From the NCBI GenBank assembly GCA_016286445.1, contig JAEESS010000003.1, forward strand, positions 23,990 to 87,989: a stretch of DNA of 64,000 nucleotides. The letters run 5' to 3'. A program made the translations under genes and the position numbers. Source of the stretch: Bacillota bacterium. Its GTDB lineage: Bacteria > Bacillota > Clostridia > Christensenellales > CAG-138. The notes below the pieces were generated by a model, which was given only the letters and a program-made list of their open reading frames with translations, was not told the origin of the DNA and ran no database searches. This document shows, piece by piece, positions 27,841 through 37,144 of the stretch (within the stretch, counting starts at the first letter, position 1; every line of letters begins with the position of its first letter).

Positions 27841-27965
27841 CAGAAAACAGGAGTTTTTTGTCAAAAACCGGAATTTGTTGCAGTTTAGATACATTTTGGA
27901 CGCAAATATGTGTTATAATGATTGCACATACATGAAAAGTATACCTGTTTGGGGGAGAAAGACCG

Positions 27966-28898
27966 ATGAACGATCCGAAATCCATTCTGGACGAACTGAA
28001 AAAAGCCGTTGTCGGAAAGGACAATGTGCTTATAATGGCGCTTTTGGCGATCCTTGCGCGCGGACATATCCTTTTGGAGGATATTCCCGGCGTCGGCAAA
28101 ACGACGATGGCGCTCGCGTTTTCCAAAGCGCTGGGGCTGGAATACCATCGCATTCAGTTTACGCCCGACGTACTGCCGAGCGACATCGTCGGCTTCTCGC
28201 TCTATGACCGCGAAAGCGGACAGATGACCTATAAACCCGGCGCGATCCTCTGCAACCTCTTCCTTGCGGACGAGCTGAACCGCGCGACGAGCCGTACGCA
28301 GTCCGCGCTTTTGGAGGCGATGGAGGAGGGCAACGTCACGGTCGACGGCGTCACGCATCCCGTGCCCGATCCGTTCGTGGTCATCGCCACGCAGAACCCG
28401 GTCGGCGCAAGCGGCACGCAGTTGCTGCCGGATTCCCAGCTCGACCGCTTTATGGTGCGCCTCTCGCTGGGCTATCCGCGTCCGAGCGACGAGCTCGACC
28501 TTCTGAACCGCAAGCAGCAGGGCAATCCGCTGGATCAGGTCCGGTGCATCGCGGACCGCGAAGGCCTCAGGGACATCCGGTATGCGATCGACGCGACGTT
28601 CGTCGATAAAAAGATCATGGACTATGTGATCCGCCTTTCCAACGCCACACGTTCGCATACGGCGATTCTGCAGGGCGCAAGCCCGCGCGCGTCGCTGGCG
28701 GTCGTATCCATGGCAAAGGCGGCGGCATGGGTGCAGGGACGCGATTATGTCGTTCCGAACGACGTCAAGCTCATCTATCCGTCGACGATCACGCACCGTC
28801 TGATCCTGACGCCGGAAGCGAAGGCGTCCGGGCAAACGGCGGATGCGATTCTGAACGATATCATGGCGCATACCGCGCCGCCCGCCGCACGGGGATGA
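27966..28898 (+). CDS. MoxR-family AAA+ ATPase
   Basis: Walker A GVGKTT and Walker B LFLADELNRA are present, along with the typical MoxR C-terminal region. A TGtTATAAT -10 element lies at 27911-27919. Confidence 0.85.
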   Translation: MNDPKSILDELKKAVVGKDNVLIMALLAILARGHILLEDIPGVGKTTMALAFSKALGLEYHRIQFTPDVLPSDIVGFSLYDRESGQMTYKPGAILCNLFLADELNRATSRTQSALLEAMEEGNVTVDGVTHPVPDPFVVIATQNPVGASGTQLLPDSQLDRFMVRLSLGYPRPSDELDLLNRKQQGNPLDQVRCIADREGLRDIRYAIDATFVDKKIMDYVIRLSNATRSHTAILQGASPRASLAVVSMAKAAAWVQGRDYVVPNDVKLIYPSTITHRLILTPEAKASGQTADAILNDIMAHTAPPAARG

Positions 28899-29857
28899 TC
28901 CAGAGAAGACTGACATATGCCGCGGCGCTTCTGGCGGCTGCCGCGCTGCATCTTGCTTACGGGCAGTATGCGACATACTACATACTGCTGTTTTTGCTGT
29001 TTCTGCCGATCCTGTCTCTGCTTCTGAGCCTTCCTGCGATCCTGTCCTCGCAGGCGGAGCTGTACGGCGGCTTTGACGTGCAGCGCGGACGTCCGTGTGA
29101 AGTGCACATCCGGGTCAGCTGCCGCTTTTTTCTGCCGCCGGAGCTGTATAAGCTGAAGCTGGAGCAGAAGAATCTGTTTCTCGACGCAAAAAGCACAAAA
29201 GAAAAGGTCCTGATTTACGGCACGGAAAAGAAGGAGGAGACCTTTACGCCGGACACGGAGCGGCTCGGAACGATCTCGTACCGCATCCGTTCTGCACGCG
29301 TGTGCGACTATCTCGGGCTGCTTGCCGTCCCGATCAAAAGAAGCGGAACGGTAGCGCTGACGGTCCTGCCGAACAGCGAAAAGCCTGAGCCGATGCCGGA
29401 GCTTTCTGTGCGCTCGGAGCTGATACGAAAGCCGAAACCGCTCGGCTATTCCGAGGATCACGAGCTGCGTCCGTACCGCGAGGGCGACGCGATCAACCTC
29501 ATCCACTGGAAGCTGACCGAAAAGATGAATACGCCGATCGTGCGCGAACCGCAGGAAATGCTGCGGCGTCGGGTCGTTCTGTCCATGGACCTGTATGAAA
29601 ACTATGAAAAAGAACAGAGCGTGCTGGAACAGCTGCGGTGTCTCTCCGATCAGCTGCTGGAAAGCGGGATTCCGTATCTGCTCCGATACGGACTGCGCAC
29701 TGCGGAGATCAAGGGCGAAGGCGATCTGGAGCGGTTTTTGAAATCGCTTCTGTCCGAACCCATACGGGACGAACCGGCACAGCCTTACCTCGGCGGTTCC
29801 GATACCCTGGTGTATCGGATCGAGCCGGGAAAGGAGGCGGCGAATGAAGCATCGTGA
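28895..29857 (+). CDS. DUF58-domain protein (partner of MoxR)
   Basis: The ATG at 28895 overlaps the moxR stop codon (ATGA). The protein has two N-terminal TM helices and the DUF58 hallmark LRPYREGDAINLIHWK. Confidence 0.75.
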   Translation: MIQRRLTYAAALLAAAALHLAYGQYATYYILLFLLFLPILSLLLSLPAILSSQAELYGGFDVQRGRPCEVHIRVSCRFFLPPELYKLKLEQKNLFLDAKSTKEKVLIYGTEKKEETFTPDTERLGTISYRIRSARVCDYLGLLAVPIKRSGTVALTVLPNSEKPEPMPELSVRSELIRKPKPLGYSEDHELRPYREGDAINLIHWKLTEKMNTPIVREPQEMLRRRVVLSMDLYENYEKEQSVLEQLRCLSDQLLESGIPYLLRYGLRTAEIKGEGDLERFLKSLLSEPIRDEPAQPYLGGSDTLVYRIEPGKEAANEAS

Positions 29858-32081
29858 CGCGATCCTGAAGGGGTTCGGGGACGCCGTGCCGGTTGCATGC
29901 GGAATGATCGCGTGCTCCACCGCCATGCTGACCGCCTATGAAATCGGGTTCAAAATAACGCCGCTGATCCTGTACTGCGTGTTCGTTGCGCTGCTGCTGT
30001 CCTTCTGGATGAACCTTCCGAAGTACGGTCCCGCCTTCGGCGTGCTGTTTCTGGCTTCGGTGGTCATGCTCATTGCCATTCGGATGCGGCGGGTCGGCGA
30101 CGGCGCGACCGTGCTCATCTATCGCCTTTTTGACGAGCTGCCGAAGGGACTTTCGTGGCTGGTCGATATGGACAAGATGGCGGAAAACGCCGCGCGCGTC
30201 ACGGATCCGGAGACGTGCATCTCGCTGTTTCTGATGATCGTTGCCGCGGTGATCGGCTTTGTGCTGTCGTTTGCGCTGATCCGCAGCAAGATGATCCTGC
30301 TGCCGATGCTGCTTCCGCTGCCGATGCTGCTTGTCAGCCTTGTCTATACAAACAAGCCGCCGAAGCTGTGGACCATGGTGCTTCTGACCGTGTATTTCGG
30401 GTACACGCTGCTCGGCAACGGGCTCCGGAGAGGCGAGCTCAAAAAACGAGGATTGTTCGCCGTGCTTTTAGCGCCGATGCTGCTTGCGCTGGTGCTGTCG
30501 ATCGTCTCGATCTTTCCGGAAAAGGCGTATGAACCGCTGTCGGCGGCGCGCAGGAAAGAGATCTTTTCACAGCAGTTCGGCACGATCGTGGATACGGCGA
30601 TGTCATGGTTCGGCGTAAATAACCCGCACAGCATCAACCTTTCCCGCGAGGACGAGCGCAAGGACGACGAAACGGAACGGTTCACCGTCGTTGCCAAGTC
30701 CGGCGTCTATCATCTTCGGACGCATTCCTACGGCGCATACCGGGACAACCGCTGGAGAGCCGCAGGCGCGTACCGCGGCGCGTGGAACTCGATGGAGGCG
30801 CTCGGCAAACGGCAGGAGGAAACGAAGTCGCTTCTGTGGGTTTATGACTATATGTCCGGCGAGCGCGTCACGCCGTATGCCTGGACGACGGATCCGGCAG
30901 GGGACAATCCGGACGAACGCGCAAGCGCGCCGCATGCGGAGGAATCCTTTGTTCGTTCCGGCGCCTGGAAGGATTACGGCTGGCATTATGCGTGGCGGTA
31001 TAGCACCGATCCGGGCACGGTAACGGAGGACGAACGCGAGTATTACGAATCCTACGCGCTGAAGCAGTATGTGATGGAGGACGGCGAAGAAAAAGAAGCG
31101 CTTCTGGACATACTGAAGCGGGCGGGGATCACCGCCTCCGACGATTCGCTGAAAACGGCAAGGATGATCGCCGCATATGTGCAGGATCTGGGCGAGTATT
31201 CGCTGACGCCAGGCGAGGTGCCGAAGGGAAAGGACTTCGTTCTGTATTTTCTGACCGAGAACCCAAAGGGCTACTGCGTGCATTTTGCAAGCGCAACGAC
31301 TGCGCTTTTGCAGGCGCTCGGCGTTCCCGCGCGATATACGGTAGGCTACTATGTCGAGATTCCGCAGGAGGTCGGCAAGCACGGCGTGACCGTTACGGCA
31401 AACGACGAGCACGCATGGACGGAGGTCTATGTTCTCGGGCTCGGCTGGGTGCCGGTTGAAAGCACAAAGGGACGTTCCGACGACAGCCGGTCCGATACGC
31501 CGCAGCAGACGCAGAGACCGAATACGCCCGATCAAACGCCGGTGCCGTCGCTCACACCGGAACCGACGCCGGAAATCACGCCGGAGCCGACGCCGGAAAT
31601 CACGCCGGAACCGACGCCGGACGCTGCGCAGGAGAGTCCGGAACCGACGCCGGAACCGAGCGAACTGCCGGGACAGACGCCCGCGCCTGAGGACGGGAAC
31701 GGAACCGTCGATCCGGAGCAGAACGACAAACCGAACGAAAAACGCCGCGGCAGCGCATGGTGGATTCTGATCCCGCTTGTGCCGCTCGCATGGCTCGGAG
31801 CGGGACTGCTGATGCGGAGACTGCGGGAGCAGCGCTTCCGCGATCCGGACACGCGCCGCTCGATCCCGGATATGGCAGAGTATCTTCGCCGCATGGAACG
31901 CTTCGGCATTGAACAGGAGCCGAAGGCGGAGGAATGGGCGCTGGAAGCGGGATTCTCGAACCATTCGATGAAGGAGGAGCATCGCCTGCTTCTCAGACAT
32001 ATACACGCGGCGCAGCGGAAGCTGTATGCCGATCAGCCGCTGAAGCGGTTTATCTTCCGATGGGTGCTGTATCTGATTTGA
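29844..32081 (+). CDS. Transglutaminase-like membrane protein (TgpA-like)
   Basis: It has a polytopic N-terminus and a transglutaminase core with Cys (GYCVHFASA) and His (EHAWTEVY). A Pro/Thr/Glu linker and a C-terminal TM segment follow. Confidence 0.8.
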   Translation: MKHRDAILKGFGDAVPVACGMIACSTAMLTAYEIGFKITPLILYCVFVALLLSFWMNLPKYGPAFGVLFLASVVMLIAIRMRRVGDGATVLIYRLFDELPKGLSWLVDMDKMAENAARVTDPETCISLFLMIVAAVIGFVLSFALIRSKMILLPMLLPLPMLLVSLVYTNKPPKLWTMVLLTVYFGYTLLGNGLRRGELKKRGLFAVLLAPMLLALVLSIVSIFPEKAYEPLSAARRKEIFSQQFGTIVDTAMSWFGVNNPHSINLSREDERKDDETERFTVVAKSGVYHLRTHSYGAYRDNRWRAAGAYRGAWNSMEALGKRQEETKSLLWVYDYMSGERVTPYAWTTDPAGDNPDERASAPHAEESFVRSGAWKDYGWHYAWRYSTDPGTVTEDEREYYESYALKQYVMEDGEEKEALLDILKRAGITASDDSLKTARMIAAYVQDLGEYSLTPGEVPKGKDFVLYFLTENPKGYCVHFASATTALLQALGVPARYTVGYYVEIPQEVGKHGVTVTANDEHAWTEVYVLGLGWVPVESTKGRSDDSRSDTPQQTQRPNTPDQTPVPSLTPEPTPEITPEPTPEITPEPTPDAAQESPEPTPEPSELPGQTPAPEDGNGTVDPEQNDKPNEKRRGSAWWILIPLVPLAWLGAGLLMRRLREQRFRDPDTRRSIPDMAEYLRRMERFGIEQEPKAEEWALEAGFSNHSMKEEHRLLLRHIHAAQRKLYADQPLKRFIFRWVLYLI
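31561..31620 (+). repeat. 24-nt tandem repeat (2.5 copies) inside the transglutaminase linker
   Basis: AACCGACGCCGGAAATCACGCCGG is followed by AGCCGACGCCGGAAATCACGCCGG and then AACCGACGCCGG. The repeat encodes (E)PTPEITP units. Confidence 0.85.
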
Positions 32082-32100
32082 CGATTTTCGGCGAAAAGAC

Positions 32101-32129
32101 TTGAAAACAGCCGGTCGGTATGGTATAGT
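32101..32129 (+). promoter_or_regulatory. Candidate promoter of the phosphodiester glycosidase gene
   Basis: TTGAAA (32101-32106), a 17-nt spacer, and an extended -10 TGgTATAGT (32121-32129). Confidence 0.5.
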
Positions 32130-32195
32130 GCACAAGATTCAAACAGGAAAGAACTCGGACGGTCGTCCGAAAGACTGACAAACAGGGAGCAAGCA

Positions 32196-33593
32196 ATGAA
32201 CAAAAACGGAGAACAGCGCTTCTCGGCGCTTCGCACGGTCGCAATGATCTTTGCGAACCTGACTGCAATTCTATCCGCAAACTACATCGTGTTTTATATC
32301 CTGGATCATTTCAATCCGGGATTCCACTTTGTAGTGCGCTCGGAGTTTTTCCTCACGAAATACCTGCATTTCGTGATCCCGGTCCTGATGATCCTGACGG
32401 CGCTTCTGTATCTGCTGGTGTATGCGGCAGGCGGCGCGAAACCGAAACGCTTTCAGAAAAAGAACCTGATCCTGATCCTTGTGATCGACGTCATTCTGGC
32501 AGGCGCGTTTGCGATGACCGTCAACGCCCGCGCGTTCGGCTGGGTGAAGTGGTTAAGACCTGCGGAGACCGGACCGGTCGCGATCGCAACGCGCGTGCCG
32601 ACGCAGGCGCCGACCGAAGCGCCGACGCCGGAACCGACCGCGGAGGTCACGCCCGAGCAGACCGAACGGGAAACCCCTGCGCCGGGTGAAACGCCCGCGC
32701 CCGAAACGCCGACGCCGGAACCGACCGAAGCGCCGACGCCGGAGCCTACGCCGATCCCGGGACTTTTGGGCGACAAGTATCAAGAAAAGTTCTCCGAAGG
32801 CGAGCCGGTGATCACGGAGCCGAACACGAGCGAAACGCTTGCGGACGGCACCGTAAAGACGCTGGTCTACACCTATGCGGGAAAGAGTGTCGCGATCGAG
32901 ATCCATCACTATAAAAAGGACAAGCAGGAATACCAGATCGCGGACCTGTATGTACGCGATCTTGACAAGCTGACAGCGGTGTTTGAAAACGATCAGGGAA
33001 AAGCAAAGGAGCTGAAGGTGTTTGCGCGCGAGTCCAAAGCGCTGGTCGCGATCAACTCCGACTATTTCTCCAACAACGCGAACGACGAGGGACTGATTAT
33101 CCGCAACGGCATGTTGATCCGCAACCACACCTGCAAGCATTCCGACCTTCTGGTGATCTACCAGGACGGCACGGTGCGCGGCTTCGATGTGAAGAACGAT
33201 CCGATCAACAACGAAGAGATCCTTGCAAGCTATCCGTACCATTCGTTCTACTTCGGACCTACGCTTCTGGATGCGGACGGCAACGCAAGATCCAACTTCA
33301 AAGCGCTCAACGCACGCAATCCGCGTACGGTGTTCGGCTATTACGAGCCGGGACACTATGCGTTCCTGTGCGTGCTCGGCGACCGCACCATCCGGAACAT
33401 TGAGACGGGGGGCGGCACCGACGGAAAAGCGCCGGGCATGACGCTCGACGAAGTCTCTGCGCTCTGCGCTTCGCTCGGCATGAAGGTCGCCTATAACTTC
33501 GACGGCGGCGGATCCTCCGGCATGTACTGGAACGAGCATTATTTCGGACACAACTCACGCATCACGGGCGACATCCTCGCCATCGTGGACTGA
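32196..33593 (+). CDS. Membrane-anchored phosphodiester glycosidase (DUF2233/NAGPA-like) family protein
   Basis: It has N-terminal TM helices and a Pro/Thr/Glu linker. The C-terminal domain carries INSDYFSNN, NPRTVFGY and AYNFDGGGSS, which are typical of this family. Confidence 0.7.
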   Translation: MNKNGEQRFSALRTVAMIFANLTAILSANYIVFYILDHFNPGFHFVVRSEFFLTKYLHFVIPVLMILTALLYLLVYAAGGAKPKRFQKKNLILILVIDVILAGAFAMTVNARAFGWVKWLRPAETGPVAIATRVPTQAPTEAPTPEPTAEVTPEQTERETPAPGETPAPETPTPEPTEAPTPEPTPIPGLLGDKYQEKFSEGEPVITEPNTSETLADGTVKTLVYTYAGKSVAIEIHHYKKDKQEYQIADLYVRDLDKLTAVFENDQGKAKELKVFARESKALVAINSDYFSNNANDEGLIIRNGMLIRNHTCKHSDLLVIYQDGTVRGFDVKNDPINNEEILASYPYHSFYFGPTLLDADGNARSNFKALNARNPRTVFGYYEPGHYAFLCVLGDRTIRNIETGGGTDGKAPGMTLDEVSALCASLGMKVAYNFDGGGSSGMYWNEHYFGHNSRITGDILAIVD

Positions 33594-33602
33594 CAGGAGG
33601 GC

Positions 33603-33839
33603 ATGCATATGAAACGGAAAACAAAGATCACGATCGCTGCGCTGATCATGCTGTTTACGGCGCTGATCTATCTTGCGGTGCTGCTTATGTGGCAGTTCGG
33701 AATCCTTCCGTGGGATCAGACGGAGGAGACGCTGTTCGTGAAGGGATACTTCTTCCTGCCGCTGCCGCTCATCGGATTTGTGACAGCGATCCTCGTCCAG
33801 GCGTTCTCGGTTCGTCCGGCGAAGAAAAACAAACGGTAA
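33603..33839 (+). CDS. Small hypothetical membrane protein (78 aa, or 76 aa from the ATG at 33609)
   Basis: AGGAGG at 33595-33600 precedes the start. Two hydrophobic helices are predicted. A strong terminator lies downstream. Confidence 0.5.
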   Translation: MHMKRKTKITIAALIMLFTALIYLAVLLMWQFGILPWDQTEETLFVKGYFFLPLPLIGFVTAILVQAFSVRPAKKNKR

Positions 33840-33853
33840 GCAATTTGCATTGC

Positions 33854-33889
33854 GGGGCTGTTCCGAAAAAACGGAACGGTCCCTTTTTT
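33854..33889 (+). terminator. Rho-independent terminator
   Basis: A 12-bp stem (33854-33865 with 33872-33883, two G-U pairs) is followed by TTTTTT (33884-33889). Confidence 0.8.
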
Positions 33890-33948
33890 GCATTTGCAAA
33901 CTTGTTGAAAACTTCGCGCAAACGGAGGCTTTTGTCGGACGGTTTCCC

Positions 33949-33977
33949 TTGACCGCAGGACGGAAAACCGGTATACT
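33949..33977 (+). promoter_or_regulatory. Candidate trxB promoter
   Basis: TTGACC (33949-33954), a 17-nt spacer, and TATACT (33972-33977). Confidence 0.5.
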
Positions 33978-34068
33978 GTATTTGTGAGATTATGTATTGC
34001 TCTCCGGTTGGACCGGCGTTTTGATCGCTTTTATCGGAGATCGGCATTACGGAAACGAGGAACAAACC

Positions 34069-34980
34069 ATGCTGGATATCGCTATCATCGGCGGAGGACC
34101 CGCGGGACTTGCGGCGGGACTGTACGCCGTGCGCGGCGGCGCAAACGTCTGTCTATATGAGGAAATGTTCGCAGGCGGACAGATCGTGAAAACGCACCGG
34201 ATCGACAACTACCCGGGCATTTCGGACGGTCCGGACGGATATGCGCTTGCGGCGCGGTTTGAAGAGCACGCGGCGGCTTTCGGACTGAAGATCGAATACG
34301 GCGCGGTTTCGGAGCTTGTGCTCGACGAGGATCCGAAGCGCTTTGTGTTCAACGGGCAGACCGTTGAAGCAAAGGCCGTGATCCTTTGTACCGGCGCATC
34401 GCCGAAAACGCTCGGGATCCCGGGCGAAAAGGAGCTGACCGGTCACGGCGTTTCCTACTGCGCGACCTGCGACGGCGCGTTCTATAAAAACCGCACGGCG
34501 ACGGTGATCGGCGGCGGCGATACGGCGATCTCCGATGCGCTGTATCTTGCAAAGCTCTGCAAACAGGTCTATGTCGTGCACCGGCGCGACGCGCTCCGCG
34601 CAAGCGCGATTTTAGCCGACGCCGCGCTGAAAACGGAGAACATCACGTTCGTCTGGAACAGCGTGCCGGAAGCGTTTCTCGGCGAAGGAAAACTTTCGGG
34701 CGTTCGGCTCAGAGATCGCGTGACAGGCGAGGTATGCGATCTTGAAACCGACGGTTTGTTCGTGGCGGTCGGCGTGGTCCCGCGGACCGAATTGTTCAGG
34801 GATCAAGTCGCGCTGGCGGAGAACGGCAGCGTGATCACCGACGAACGAATGGAAACGAGCGTCAAAGGCGTATTTGCGGCAGGCGACGTGCGCAACACGC
34901 CGTTAAGACAGGTCGTGACCGCATGCGCCGACGGCGCGATCGCCGCGACCTATGCATTGGAGGCGTCCCGTGTTAAGTGA
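34069..34980 (+). CDS. trxB: Thioredoxin-disulfide reductase
   Basis: I use the internal ATG at 34069. The FAD motif IIGGGPAGLAAG, the redox centre CATCDG and the NADPH motif VIGGGDTA are present, giving 303 aa. Confidence 0.9.
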   Translation: MLDIAIIGGGPAGLAAGLYAVRGGANVCLYEEMFAGGQIVKTHRIDNYPGISDGPDGYALAARFEEHAAAFGLKIEYGAVSELVLDEDPKRFVFNGQTVEAKAVILCTGASPKTLGIPGEKELTGHGVSYCATCDGAFYKNRTATVIGGGDTAISDALYLAKLCKQVYVVHRRDALRASAILADAALKTENITFVWNSVPEAFLGEGKLSGVRLRDRVTGEVCDLETDGLFVAVGVVPRTELFRDQVALAENGSVITDERMETSVKGVFAAGDVRNTPLRQVVTACADGAIAATYALEASRVK

Positions 34981-35599
34981 AGCAAAGCGAGCCGAGGTCC
35001 TCGGCATTCTGAAAGAAACCTATCCGGACGCAAAGCCGGCGCTGCATTTTTCCTCGCCGTTCGAGCTTCTGGTCGCGACCATGCTGTCCGCGCAGTGCAC
35101 AGACAAGCAGGTGAACAAATGCACCGACGTGCTGTTCCCGAAGTACAACACGCCGGAGGCGTTCGCCGAGCTCGACTTCGAGACACTTGAACCGTACATC
35201 AAAAGCTGCGGCTTTTACCGCATGAAGGGCGAGCACATCCTTGCGATGAGCCGGATCCTTCTGGAACGGTACGGCGGGAAGGTCCCCGAAACGCGCGAGG
35301 AGCTCACCTCGCTTCCCGGCGTCGGCAGAAAGACCGCGAACGTCGTGCTGTCCAACGCGTTCAAGGTCCCCGCGATCGCGGTCGACACGCATGTGTTTCG
35401 CGTCGCGAACCGCATCGGGCTGACCGAGGCGAAGGACGTGGAAAAAACCGAGCAGCAGCTGATGGCGCACATTCCCGAACAGGACTGGGGCGACGCGCAC
35501 CATTGGCTCATCTATCACGGCAGACAGGTCTGCGCGGCGCAGCGCCCGAAGTGTTCCGTCTGCCCCTTAAAGGAGATTTGCGAGCATGCAGTTCATTGA
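34970..35599 (+). CDS. nth: Endonuclease III (DNA glycosylase/AP lyase)
   Basis: The HhH motif LPGVGRKTANVV and the 4Fe-4S cluster CAAQRPKCSVCPLKEIC are present. A GTG at 34970 lies 6 nt after GGAGG and is my preferred start. The track ATG at 34952 is the alternative. Confidence 0.85.
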   Translation: MLSEAKRAEVLGILKETYPDAKPALHFSSPFELLVATMLSAQCTDKQVNKCTDVLFPKYNTPEAFAELDFETLEPYIKSCGFYRMKGEHILAMSRILLERYGGKVPETREELTSLPGVGRKTANVVLSNAFKVPAIAVDTHVFRVANRIGLTEAKDVEKTEQQLMAHIPEQDWGDAHHWLIYHGRQVCAAQRPKCSVCPLKEICEHAVH

Positions 35600-36857
35600 C
35601 AAGGCAACGATCCATATCAAAGCGGGAAACGGCGGCGACGGCTGCGCGGCGTTCCACCGCGAAAAGTACGTCATGAAGGGCGGACCCTCCGGCGGCGACG
35701 GCGGCAGGGGCGGCAATATCGTGTTCGTCGCGGATCCGCAGGCTTCCACGCTGCTCGATTTCAAGCGATACCGGCACTTCCGCGCGCAGGACGGCGAGCC
35801 GGGCAGGGCGGAACTGCAGTCCGGCAGGGACGGTGAGGACCTTTTGATCAAGGTCCCGGTCGGAACGGTCGTGCGCGACATCGAGACCGGCAGCATCGTC
35901 GCGGATATGAGCGAGCCCGGAAAGACGCGCATCGTGCTGTACGGCGGCAGGGGCGGCAAGGGCAACGCGCGCTTTGCGACGGCGACGAAGCAGGCGCCGC
36001 GCTTTGCGCAAAACGGCGTGAAGACCGAGGAGCGGCAGGTGGAGCTGGAGCTCAAGACAATCGCGGACGTCGGCATCATCGGACTGCCGTCGGTCGGCAA
36101 GTCCACGATCCTGTCCGTGCTGACCAGCGCAAAGCCGAAGATCGCGGCGTACCACTTCACCACACTGACGCCGAACCTCGGCGTAGCGACGCGCTATGAC
36201 CGTTCGTTCGTGATGGCGGACATCCCGGGGCTGATCGAAGGCGCCGCGGAGGGCGCGGGGCTCGGGCACGATTTCTTACGGCACATCGAGCGCACACGCA
36301 TCCTTGTGCATGTTCTGGACGCGTCCGGCAGCGAGATGCGCGATCCGCTGGACGATTACGAAAAGATCAACGCGGAGCTATCGAAGTTCTCCGATGCGCT
36401 TGCGGCGTTGCCGCAGATCGTCGCATGCAACAAGATGGACATTCCCGGCGCGGAGGAAAACTTTGAGCGAATCAAAGACGCTTTGGAGCCGCATGGGATC
36501 CCGGTGTTTGCGGTGTCCGCGGCGACCACGGAGGGCTTCGGTCCGATGCTTGACCGGATCGTAGCGATGCTCGATGCGCTTCCGCCGGTCCGCGTCTATG
36601 ATGAGGCGGAGCTATTGACCGGCGCGCAGTACGAAAAGGGCTTTACGGTCCGCCGCGACGACACAGGCGCATATGTGGTCGAGGGCGGCGACGTGGAGCG
36701 CATCCTCGATACGACCGATCCGGAGGACGACGTTTCGATGCGCCGCTTCCAGCAGCTGCTGATCAAAACGGGTATCATCTCTGCGCTTCGCGAGATGGGA
36801 GCAAAGGACGGCGACACGATCCGGCTCGGCGAATGGGAATTTGATTTTACGGATTAA
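35586..36857 (+). CDS. obg: GTPase Obg/CgtA
   Basis: The Obg fold (GGDGGRGG), the G1 motif GLPSVGKST and a C-terminal OCT domain are all present. Confidence 0.92.
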   Translation: MQFIDKATIHIKAGNGGDGCAAFHREKYVMKGGPSGGDGGRGGNIVFVADPQASTLLDFKRYRHFRAQDGEPGRAELQSGRDGEDLLIKVPVGTVVRDIETGSIVADMSEPGKTRIVLYGGRGGKGNARFATATKQAPRFAQNGVKTEERQVELELKTIADVGIIGLPSVGKSTILSVLTSAKPKIAAYHFTTLTPNLGVATRYDRSFVMADIPGLIEGAAEGAGLGHDFLRHIERTRILVHVLDASGSEMRDPLDDYEKINAELSKFSDALAALPQIVACNKMDIPGAEENFERIKDALEPHGIPVFAVSAATTEGFGPMLDRIVAMLDALPPVRVYDEAELLTGAQYEKGFTVRRDDTGAYVVEGGDVERILDTTDPEDDVSMRRFQQLLIKTGIISALREMGAKDGDTIRLGEWEFDFTD

Positions 36858-36872
36858 GAAAGGATAAACAGT

Positions 36873-37142
36873 ATGACAGGCAAAGAACGTGCGGAGCTTC
36901 GGAAACAGGCGAACACGCTGACGGCGATCTTTCAGATCGGCAAGGAAAACATCACGGAACCGCTGATCGAGGCGGTCGACGCCGCGCTTAAAAAGCGCGA
37001 GCTCATTAAGCTTTCCGTGCTCGAAACGAGCGAGCTTTCCGCAAAGGAAGCGGCGGAGCAGCTTGCCGCCGCAACGGAGGCGGAGGTCATCCAGTGCATC
37101 GGGCGAAAGCTCGTGCTGTACCGGCAGAAGGAAGAGGAATAA
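36873..37142 (+). CDS. yhbY: YhbY-family (CRM domain) RNA-binding ribosome-assembly protein
   Basis: It is 89 aa and contains LTGKERAELRKQANTL..IFQIGKENIT..KRELIKL. It sits in the classic position downstream of obg. Confidence 0.8.
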   Translation: MTGKERAELRKQANTLTAIFQIGKENITEPLIEAVDAALKKRELIKLSVLETSELSAKEAAEQLAAATEAEVIQCIGRKLVLYRQKEEE

Positions 37143-37144
37143 CA

